Of a stretch of DNA of 62,617 bases, positions 9,623 to 17,040 are shown piece by piece. Positions within the stretch are counted from its first letter, which is position 1. The number at the start of each line of letters is the position of its first letter. The notes under the pieces were generated by a model. The model was not told the DNA's origin, searched no databases, and saw only the letters and a list, made by a program, of their open reading frames with translations. The translations under genes and the position numbers were made by a program. Source of the DNA: Candidatus Subterrananammoxibius californiae (GTDB lineage: Bacteria; Planctomycetota; Brocadiia; Brocadiales; Subterrananammoxibiaceae); assembly GCA_030586555.1 (NCBI GenBank), contig JAURAC010000019.1, positions 6,534 to 69,150 on the forward strand, in the 5' to 3' direction.

Positions 9623-10960
9623 ATGGTTTACAAGGCATGGTTTCGGTGCATTGCTGGCTGTGACGGAAAATACGGACTAAATGAGATAATATATCGGTGC
9701 AAGAAATGCGGTGACCTTCTGGAGGTTGCGCACGATATCGAGAAACTGAAGCAGCGAAACGCTGACTCATGGAAAAAACTCTTTGACGACCGCTACAGGC
9801 GAACTGAATGGCCTTACGGAAGTTCCGTCTGGGGCAAGAAGGAATGGGTATGTCCGAGCGTAGAAAATAAAAATGTTGTTTCTCTATACGAAGGTGGAAG
9901 CAATCTTTTCTGGGCGGAGCGTTTTGGCAGAGAAATTGGCCTTAAGGAATTGTGGATAAAACAGTGCGGTAACGCCCACACAGGCTCTTTTAAAGATTTG
10001 GGCATGACTGTCCTTGTCTCAATGGTTAAACAGATGATTTCCGAAGGGAAAGAAATCATGGGCGTTGCCTGCGCCTCTACCGGCGATACATCCGCCGCAC
10101 TGGCGGCTTATTGTGCTGCTGCTGGCATACCCGCCATTGTATTTCTACCAAGGAATAAGGTCTCGCATGCCCAGCTTATTCAGCCAATTGCCAACGGAGC
10201 CTTGACCCTTTCGCTTGATACAGATTTTGACGGGTGCATGAAGATAGTTCAGGAGATATGTGAAAAGCACAATATTTATCTTGCCAATTCAATGAACTCA
10301 CTTCGCATTGAGGGGCAAAAAACCATTAGTATAGAAATTGTTCAGCAATTCGATTGGGAGGTGCCAGATTTTGTTATAGTTCCTGGAGGAAATCTCGGAA
10401 ATGTCAGTGCAATAGGCAACGGTTTTATAATGATGAAGGAACTCGGGTTGATTGATAGATTGCCAAGACTTGTCTGTGTGCAATCGGCAAAGGCAAATCC
10501 TCTTTACAGGAGTTATTTGACAGGCTTCAAAAAGTATAAACCAATTAAAGCCCACAGGACACTTGCCAGCGCTATCCAGATAGGAAATCCAGTAAGCATT
10601 AACAAGGCAATAAAGGTTTTGAAGATGTTTGATGGCATTGTAGAACAGGCAACGGAGGATGAATTAGCCAATGCCGCCGCACTGGCAGACCACTCAGGAC
10701 TGTTTAATTGCCCGCACACCGGCGTTGCTCTTTCCGCCATATTAAAGCTTATTGAGAGAGGTATAATTAAATCTAATGAACGCGTGGTGGTAATTTCAAC
10801 GGCACACGGGCTGAAATTCCCAGAGTTTAAGATTCGCTATCACGAAAACAGGCTTCCAGAAGTTACAGCCAGATATACCAACCTACCCGTAGAACTCCCA
10901 CCAGATTATGAAGCCGTAAAAGGGACAATCTTTAAACGTCTTGAGGGGCAATTCCACTAA
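9623..10960 (+). CDS. thrC: Threonine synthase
   Basis: PLP lysine motif [27 protein letters not shown] and STAHGLKF. Confidence 0.93.
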   Translation: MVYKAWFRCIAGCDGKYGLNEIIYRCKKCGDLLEVAHDIEKLKQRNADSWKKLFDDRYRRTEWPYGSSVWGKKEWVCPSVENKNVVSLYEGGSNLFWAERFGREIGLKELWIKQCGNAHTGSFKDLGMTVLVSMVKQMISEGKEIMGVACASTGDTSAALAAYCAAAGIPAIVFLPRNKVSHAQLIQPIANGALTLSLDTDFDGCMKIVQEICEKHNIYLANSMNSLRIEGQKTISIEIVQQFDWEVPDFVIVPGGNLGNVSAIGNGFIMMKELGLIDRLPRLVCVQSAKANPLYRSYLTGFKKYKPIKAHRTLASAIQIGNPVSINKAIKVLKMFDGIVEQATEDELANAAALADHSGLFNCPHTGVALSAILKLIERGIIKSNERVVVISTAHGLKFPEFKIRYHENRLPEVTARYTNLPVELPPDYEAVKGTIFKRLEGQFH

Positions 10961-11046
10961 AAATTTTCATTGACAATCAACTTTTTTCTTGTAATTTATT
11001 GACGCGATTTCCTTAACCTCTTGCGGGGTGTGACGGAGGACTCAGG

Positions 11047-11421
11047 ATGCTTGAAACCTTATGGATTGGGCTCGGTGGAATTCTGGGTTCAGTAGCAAGA
11101 TTCTGGCTATCATGGTTTGTCCATCAATTTCTTGGGACGGATTTCCCATACGGAACACTCTTAGTAAATATTACTGGATGCTTTTACGCTGGATTTATAG
11201 GAACGATGGCTGAGGAGAGGTATCTATTTTCCTCTCATACCCGAATGTTCCTCCTCATAGGCGTGCTGGGCTCTTTTACAACATTCTCAAGCTTCGGATA
11301 TGAAACGCTTGAATTATTCAAAGAGGGAAGTTTTTTGAGGGCATCTTTAAACGTTGGCGGTAATGTTTTCTTTTGTTTATCCAGTATTTGGTTAGGGAGT
11401 ATTGCTTCAAGACTTCTATAG
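11047..11421 (+). CDS. crcB: Fluoride efflux channel FluC/CrcB
   Basis: 124 aa with four TM segments; motifs GGILGSVAR, FPYGTLLVN and GSFTTFSSF. Confidence 0.93.
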   Translation: MLETLWIGLGGILGSVARFWLSWFVHQFLGTDFPYGTLLVNITGCFYAGFIGTMAEERYLFSSHTRMFLLIGVLGSFTTFSSFGYETLELFKEGSFLRASLNVGGNVFFCLSSIWLGSIASRLL

Positions 11422-11432
11422 GGGGGATATTT

Positions 11433-11774
11433 GTGAAAATTCCCGAAGACGCTAAACTCCTGAGGATTTTTATAGGGGAGAGTGACCGCTGGGAGGGGAA
11501 ACCGCTTTTTGAGGCTATTATACAAAAGGCAAGAAAAGATGGATTGGCAGGGGCAACCGTATTAAAAGGTTTTGAAGGGTTCGGCGCTCACAGCAGGATG
11601 CATACTGCAAAAATTTTGCGCCTCTCTGAAGACTTACCCATTGTCATTGAGATTGTTGACAGCGAAGAAAAGATTGAAGCATTTTTACCTGCACTCGACG
11701 AAATGGTTAAGGAGGGATTGGTAACTCTGGAAAAGGTGAGGGTGATAAAATACAGATGCGATTCAGAGCAGTAG
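11433..11774 (+). CDS. DUF190 (PII-like) protein
   Basis: LRIFIGESD, GLAGATVLKG and LSEDLPIVIEIVD motifs; usual crcB neighbour; GTG start after a G-rich RBS. Confidence 0.88.
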   Translation: MKIPEDAKLLRIFIGESDRWEGKPLFEAIIQKARKDGLAGATVLKGFEGFGAHSRMHTAKILRLSEDLPIVIEIVDSEEKIEAFLPALDEMVKEGLVTLEKVRVIKYRCDSEQ

Positions 11775-11825
11775 GGGCAGGGTTCTCCTGCCCTTCGTAG
11801 CAGGGCGAGTAAACCTCGCCCCTAC
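11771..11825. repeat. GTAG-type REP doublet (REPIN-like)
   Basis: GTAGGGGCAGG...CCTGCCC and inverted GGGCGAG...CTCGCCCCTAC; relatives at 43232-43296 and 52028-52076. Confidence 0.75.
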
Positions 11826-11854
11826 TTAATAAATGGAAAGGAGAGAAAGGTTTT

Positions 11855-12256
11855 ATGAGTCCAATTTCAAAGAATTTTGTGCGTGCAAGTTTGGTTTATT
11901 TTTGTATTGCCGTTATTTTGGGGGTCTCTATGTTTTTTCATGGTCCTTTACGAGGTAGCCAGTTACCTTATATACATGGACACATAATGCTCCTCGGCTG
12001 GATGTCCATGATGATATACGGTGTAGGATACCACATATTGCCGAGATTTTCTGGTAACCCAGTTGCCTATCCATGGTTGAGCGTTGTACAATTCTATTTG
12101 GCAAATGTTAGTCTTGTAGGATTAATGGTCTCCTACGTGTTTATATCATCTACTACTGGAATCCCCACACAGGTTTTTGCAGTGTTGCAAGCAATTTCTA
12201 TATTCATGTTTGTCGTTAATATATGGTGCAGTATAATTGCGCCGAAGGAAGCCTGA
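11855..12256 (+). CDS. Small four-TM membrane protein related to a heme-copper oxidase subunit I repeat
   Basis: HGHIMLLGWMSMMIYGVGYHILPRF resembles the HxH..LGW...G..Y..LP segment of the COX1/NorB superfamily. Confidence 0.6.
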   Translation: MSPISKNFVRASLVYFCIAVILGVSMFFHGPLRGSQLPYIHGHIMLLGWMSMMIYGVGYHILPRFSGNPVAYPWLSVVQFYLANVSLVGLMVSYVFISSTTGIPTQVFAVLQAISIFMFVVNIWCSIIAPKEA

Positions 12257-12261
12257 CAGCC

Positions 12262-12350
12262 AGTAGATAGTAGAAAGTAGGCAGTAGACAGGGGAAAAGG
12301 AAAATATTTTTATTTCTCCTATCTACTGTCTACTGTTTACTATCTACTAT
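12262..12350. repeat. Inverted arrays of 7-bp tandem repeats (AGTAGAN / CTATCTA)
   Basis: Four heptamers, a spacer, then four to five complementary heptamers between convergent genes; the array overlaps the last codons and stop of ruvC. Confidence 0.7.
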
Positions 12351-12821
12351 TTTTAAGTGGTGGCTATGGCATATTGCTATGGCGAGGGCGTCTGCTGCAT
12401 CAAACGGTTTGGGCAGTTCTGACAAATTTAGTATAATCTTGACCATTGCCTGAACCTGAGACTTGTGCGCATTGCCAGAACCAACGACAGCCTTCTTTAC
12501 AACCGTAGCAGCATATTCTGACACCGGAAGGTTTGCAGAAGCGGCGCTGAGCAGTGCTATGCCTCTTCCCTCGCCAATCCTGAGGGCTGCCCTGACGTTT
12601 TTGCCGTAAAAGATTTCTTCTAAAGCAACGTGGTCTGGTCTATGTTTCTTAATAACGTTTGTTAGACCTTCGTAGATACTTTTAAGTCGCAGTGGGAATG
12701 TGTCCTTTGCGCTTGCTCTTATTATGCCATAATCTACGGCGTGCAGCCTTCCGCCAACGAGAGTATCAACAATGCCATAGCCGGCTATTTGCGTTCCTGT
12801 ATCTATCCCAAGTATGCGCAT
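12330..12821 (-). CDS. ruvC: Holliday junction resolvase RuvC
   Basis: MRILGIDTG start, VALEEIFY, VKKAVVGSGNAHKSQV and DAADALAIAICH. Confidence 0.95.
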   Translation of the reverse strand: MRILGIDTGTQIAGYGIVDTLVGGRLHAVDYGIIRASAKDTFPLRLKSIYEGLTNVIKKHRPDHVALEEIFYGKNVRAALRIGEGRGIALLSAASANLPVSEYAATVVKKAVVGSGNAHKSQVQAMVKIILNLSELPKPFDAADALAIAICHSHHLKIVDSKQ

Positions 12822-12828
12822 GATATAG

Positions 12829-12856
12829 ATATTAAAGTATCGGCAGGAAAAGTCAA
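12829..12856 (-). promoter_or_regulatory. Putative sigma70 promoter producing a leaderless ruvC mRNA
   Basis: TTGACT-N16-TAATAT-N7-ATG with no SD sequence. Confidence 0.45.
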
Positions 12857-12983
12857 GCCCCCACTTTAACCCTCCCCAGTGCGGGGGAGGAGAGGAGGGG
12901 GTTACACTTGTGATAGAATATGTCACCAAAAACAATTTAACATTTTTTGGTAAGTGTATCCCAATAAGAAAGGAGTATAGGAT

Positions 12984-13445
12984 ATGGCAAAAGGGCAGGT
13001 ATTTGATGCAGCCATTCCCAGTCCAGTTGCAGTTGTGACCACAAAGACAAAGGACAGGGTGAATGGGTTAACTGTGGCGTGGTTGTCTCAGGTCTCGTAC
13101 AATCCACCACTTATTATGGTCTCTATAGCCAAGAAGAATTTTTCATACCAATTAATAAATGAAAGTGGTATCTTTGCCGTAAATGTTTTAACAAAGGAAC
13201 AAATTGGTACTGGAAAACACTTCGGTTCCTCTTCGGGCAGAGATACCGACAAGTTTAAAGGTATTTTTTATGACACAAAAAAGACCGGCTCGCCCATCTT
13301 AAAGGATGTATATTCTTATCTGGATTGCAAGGTTGTATCTACTCACGTTGCAGGAGACCACGTCCTGTTTATCGGCGAGGTTCTGGATGCTTCTGCGGCA
13401 AGTAATGGCATTCCATTGCTCTTTAAGTCCTCAGATTTCATTTAA
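12984..13445 (+). CDS. Flavin reductase-like FMN-binding protein (flavoredoxin family)
   Basis: VAVVTT, VSYNPPLIMVSI, FAVNVL, SGRDTDKF and GDHVLFIGEV. Confidence 0.9.
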   Translation: MAKGQVFDAAIPSPVAVVTTKTKDRVNGLTVAWLSQVSYNPPLIMVSIAKKNFSYQLINESGIFAVNVLTKEQIGTGKHFGSSSGRDTDKFKGIFYDTKKTGSPILKDVYSYLDCKVVSTHVAGDHVLFIGEVLDASAASNGIPLLFKSSDFI

Positions 13446-13454
13446 TCTTCCAAG

Positions 13455-13901
13455 ATGAACGAACAAATCTTTGAGCAAGCTGTAAATACATTGAGTATTG
13501 CCTTTATGGCTGGAAGGGCGCTTACGGCGTTTGGGGCATTTCAAAAGAAAAAAGAGCCGTTGACCATCGAATCAAAAAAGGCGCTGGAGGAATCCCTTAC
13601 TTTTATAAAGAAGGCAAACACAGCCGAAGAGGTATTTAAACAAGCCCGTTTGAGTTTGTCATCGCTCGAATTATTCAAGGCATATACCATTGTGCTCGAA
13701 ACTGTACGTTCAAGGAGGGGAGACCTTTTAGAGGGCAGAGACATCGGCATCTTCTTAAAGACAATAGAAAGTACAATTGAATCCGCCTTGGACGGATTAG
13801 AAAATAATAATGTAAGCGCTGATGACGTTGAAGATGCACGGGTGTTTTTCTCGCACTTAATGCACTTTGCATCAGCAAAAAGTAGTCAGTTATTAAGGTA
13901 G
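13455..13901 (+). CDS. Hypothetical alpha-helical protein
   Basis: 148-aa ORF tightly packed between co-oriented genes; no recognisable motif. Confidence 0.65.
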   Translation: MNEQIFEQAVNTLSIAFMAGRALTAFGAFQKKKEPLTIESKKALEESLTFIKKANTAEEVFKQARLSLSSLELFKAYTIVLETVRSRRGDLLEGRDIGIFLKTIESTIESALDGLENNNVSADDVEDARVFFSHLMHFASAKSSQLLR

Positions 13902-13940
13902 ACAACGAACCCACCCAAAAAATGGCGGGCTTTAAGCTTT

Positions 13941-16043
13941 ATGTTCGTTGAAAATCAACCCAGAATGGTTCAAATGGATAGTATACTTCAAATAGCAAGA
14001 CGGGAGTCAGATTCCTTTGATGAAGAGTTGAGACAATTCCTTCTCAAGGATTTTCCTTCCCCCGGTCCTAAGAATTTTATAGAGGTCTTACGCAGTATTA
14101 ATGGAAAAATCGTAAAAGATGTTGAAGCGAGGGTGGAATGTGCTGTAAGAGGCTTTTTGAACGATAACGATGCAGAAACTTTCATTTCACTCCCACTTAA
14201 ATTGTTCCCACTCCTCCATAATTTGCTTGAGCATATTGATAGGGCAGAGGTTCAGGATAATCCCTACGGTATCTTATCATTGTTTACAAGGTTGATTGAA
14301 CACTTTGAATCGGATTTTGAGGTTGTATTAAAATCACAGTGGCAGTTCTCGTATGATATGTGTGAGCTTTCTGGCAAGTTGAAGCTTATCAGTGAAAAAT
14401 TTTTTAATGAGCGCTTTATTCCTGCGGAACCTTTCCACCCCCCCCTCAACTCCCCCCCTTCGCAAGGGGGGGATAAAGGGGGGGGTGAGGTTTCGAAGCC
14501 TTTTCATAAGTGGTTTATTGTGCTGAGTTATCCTGCATCACACAGGAACAGCGCGTTCATGCACGCCGTTCAAGGACACGAGATTGGGCAGCTCTTTAAC
14601 AGGGTTAGCGGGATTTCCTCAAAGGCTATCGAGTTGATAGACCCGGCAAGGGTTCAAGAGTTTAAGGGTTTAATGGTTCAAGGGTCTCTTGAACTTCAAT
14701 ACGAGGCAATGGGCAAGCTTCTCAGCGTACTAAAGAACTGGACGGAGGTGATAGTCTCGGACATTTTTGCAATGATGGCATTGGGTCCATCATATTTATT
14801 TGCCTTAGTAGAGTTTCTTACAACACAAGGGACGCTGGAAGGGTATAACTGTGATAACCCATCCGGAGCTTTTAGAATTGGTAACTTATTGCGAGTAATA
14901 GAAGATTTGGGCTTTACTAAAAATCTTGGCGATGCTGTAAAAATAAGGATTAACGGGATAGAGACAAATGTTAGAGCGCTTCGGAAGAAACAAAAGACCC
15001 CTATTCAAGAATCATTGGAACGTTGTTTATCAATAGAAGGCGATGGAATAGGGAGGGAAATATTCAACATGGTCAAGGAAAGTACAAAAGGCTTTGCTTA
15101 CGACCCCCGAAAGTTATTATATGAGGTTCCTGAACTGGTAAAGCTGATGGGGAATCTCATCCCGCCTATAGAATTATTCGACGTGGAAGGAAGGAGTTCA
15201 AAACCTGCCAATATAATCTCTATTATGAATGCAGGATGGATAGTTTATCTAACGAAGCTTACGGATGTGTACAAGAATTTTTCTGTAGAAACAGAAGACG
15301 AGAAGGCGCAGATTTTTGACATACTTAACCGTCATTTATTAAAGGCACTGGAGGTTAACGAGATTTGCGAGAAACTCTCTCGTTCCCACGCTGAGCGTGG
15401 GAACGAGGGGCATGAACGTCCGGGTCCAGCCCTGGAAATCTTAAATTATATGTACAAGGAAGGAAGTGATTTATCAAACAGGTTATTTATAACACCGCTT
15501 CTTAAACCTGCACAGCAATTAGGCAACCTCTCGGTTGACCTCAGGCTTGGAAATGAATTTATTGTGCCAATGAAGACCGAGTACCCCGTGCTTGACCCTA
15601 ATAGGTACGGCAGGTATAAGGTGGCTGAGGTCGAGGAGTATCAGAAGAAGATTTATAAACGATATGGCGAGCCGTTCATCCTTCATCCAGGGCAGTTTGT
15701 TTTAGGGTGCACCCTGGAGTTTATACATCTTCCCAATTGTTTCTCGGCATATATTATCGGCAGGTCATCGTGGGGCAGGCTCGGGCTGACAATTGCCACT
15801 GCAATTGCCATTGACCCCGGTTACTCCGGTGTGCTGACATTAGAGCTTTTGAATAGCGGGGAGACGCCAATTGTGCTTTATCCCGGCGCTCGTATAGCCC
15901 AGCTCATCCTTCATAAACAGACCCCATCATCCCTCGAATATTCCCGCCGAAAGCTTTCCAAGTATAAGTTTCCAGTAAGCGTTGAATTCAGCAAAATACG
16001 CTGCGATGCAGATTGGGAGGATTTGAAGGAGATGACAAAATAG
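13941..16043 (+). CDS. dcd: dCTP deaminase (trimeric dUTPase fold) fused to a ~480-aa N-terminal domain with a degenerate HExxH motif
   Basis: C-terminal SVDLRLG, LHPGQFVLG, GRSSWGRLGL, IDPGYSG.LTLEL and RIAQL; N-terminal GHEIGQ...WTEVIVSDIFA...GPSY. Confidence 0.85.
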   Translation: MFVENQPRMVQMDSILQIARRESDSFDEELRQFLLKDFPSPGPKNFIEVLRSINGKIVKDVEARVECAVRGFLNDNDAETFISLPLKLFPLLHNLLEHIDRAEVQDNPYGILSLFTRLIEHFESDFEVVLKSQWQFSYDMCELSGKLKLISEKFFNERFIPAEPFHPPLNSPPSQGGDKGGGEVSKPFHKWFIVLSYPASHRNSAFMHAVQGHEIGQLFNRVSGISSKAIELIDPARVQEFKGLMVQGSLELQYEAMGKLLSVLKNWTEVIVSDIFAMMALGPSYLFALVEFLTTQGTLEGYNCDNPSGAFRIGNLLRVIEDLGFTKNLGDAVKIRINGIETNVRALRKKQKTPIQESLERCLSIEGDGIGREIFNMVKESTKGFAYDPRKLLYEVPELVKLMGNLIPPIELFDVEGRSSKPANIISIMNAGWIVYLTKLTDVYKNFSVETEDEKAQIFDILNRHLLKALEVNEICEKLSRSHAERGNEGHERPGPALEILNYMYKEGSDLSNRLFITPLLKPAQQLGNLSVDLRLGNEFIVPMKTEYPVLDPNRYGRYKVAEVEEYQKKIYKRYGEPFILHPGQFVLGCTLEFIHLPNCFSAYIIGRSSWGRLGLTIATAIAIDPGYSGVLTLELLNSGETPIVLYPGARIAQLILHKQTPSSLEYSRRKLSKYKFPVSVEFSKIRCDADWEDLKEMTK
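14435..14488. repeat. C-rich/G-rich palindromic element in frame in the dcd fusion
   Basis: CCCCCCCTCAACTCCCCCCCTTCGCAAGGGGGGGATAAAGGGGGGG encodes HPPLNSPPSQGGDKGGG; relatives near 12858, 43535, 46190, 53186-53270 and 54574. Confidence 0.75.
15379..15407. repeat. Palindrome CTCGTTCCCACGCTGAGCGTGGGAACGAG in frame at the dcd domain junction
   Basis: Perfect hairpin; an intergenic relative begins at 42264. Confidence 0.8.
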
Positions 16044-16072
16044 CCGTTTGAAAAAGCGTTTGCAAGTCAGTA

Positions 16073-16402
16073 TCAGTTCAACTCAATTTTTATCCCTTCT
16101 TTTTTGATTTGGGCAACTATCATCCCCCCGTTACTTTCAAACTCATCCTCCCTGAAGCATAGGATTTCAAGTAAGGAGTTATACTCCTGTGCTTCGTGGA
16201 AAATCTCAAAGGTCTCTTCATAATAATTTTTTGTTTGATTAGTTTTGCGGATTATCACAGCTATATCTATATCGCTATATTCCTTTTGTGTTCCCCTGGC
16301 ATATGAGCCGAATAAGTAGGCAAAGCGTATCAAGTGCCTTTTAGAGGTTTGCTTTAGAAAAGATTTTGCTAACTCTATTGCCTCATCTTGAGTGTAAGCC
16401 AT
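16073..16402 (-). CDS. Minimal nucleotidyltransferase (MNT), putative antitoxin
   Basis: YLFGSYARG...SDIDIAV motif; overlaps the HEPN gene. Confidence 0.88.
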   Translation of the reverse strand: MAYTQDEAIELAKSFLKQTSKRHLIRFAYLFGSYARGTQKEYSDIDIAVIIRKTNQTKNYYEETFEIFHEAQEYNSLLEILCFREDEFESNGGMIVAQIKKEGIKIELN

Positions 16403-16767
16403 TTAATCTTCTCCCTTGAGAAATTCATGAACTCTTTAGCAACATCCGCAGAAATTTGTGATGATAGTTCTTCTATATCCTCCTTATATCTGGCATTGAG
16501 ATAATACTGTGAGAGGAAATCAATCTTTTTTAGTTCCTCCTTGCCCATCTCACCAATGATACCTGTCATTTCGGCAAGACGTCTGAGATTATGTACAGGG
16601 GTTACATCCATCTTTTTAAATGCCATAAACGCCTTAAAACATTTCTCAAGGGCTTGTTGGCACATAAAAACAGTATAAATATATCGTCCTGTTGTGTACA
16701 TGGCTTCAGCAGTATCTATATCATAGTTTACACGCTCAAGCCATTTTTGATGGATTGTTTTTTTCAT
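16375..16767 (-). CDS. HEPN domain protein, putative toxin
   Basis: W...D...A, FMCQQALEK..KA, HNL..L and ARY; paired with MNT. Confidence 0.85.
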   Translation of the reverse strand: MKKTIHQKWLERVNYDIDTAEAMYTTGRYIYTVFMCQQALEKCFKAFMAFKKMDVTPVHNLRRLAEMTGIIGEMGKEELKKIDFLSQYYLNARYKEDIEELSSQISADVAKEFMNFSREKIKWLTLKMRQ

Positions 16768-17040
16768 AAGCGTAACTCCTTGGGGTAAGATACCTACAAT
16801 TCCGTAAAGGTGAATTATTATAGCACAGGGTACCCTGTATTTTCCAGAGTTATCCCTACGTTTTTCCTACACTTACTTTATTAATAGGAGGCAGTATGAG
16901 GAATGAAGTAAAGAATTGTTGCGCAAATTTTTTGGGGGAAAAAGTTAGCAAGAAAAATCCATGTTCTAATCAGCCTCAAGTGGAGAAGAACCTTGTAACG
17001 AGATTATTCGCTCAGAACAGAATTTTTGGTTTACTCTTTT

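Noticed and set aside
10961..11046. Fluoride riboswitch upstream of crcB
   Set aside because: No GGNGATGG...CC pseudoknot consensus seen; only a promoter-like TTGACA and an RBS.
12330..12935. RuvC as a TnpB/Cas nuclease, or with a 38-aa N-terminal extension
   Set aside because: Size and motifs match the housekeeping resolvase; the extension is promoter and palindrome DNA.
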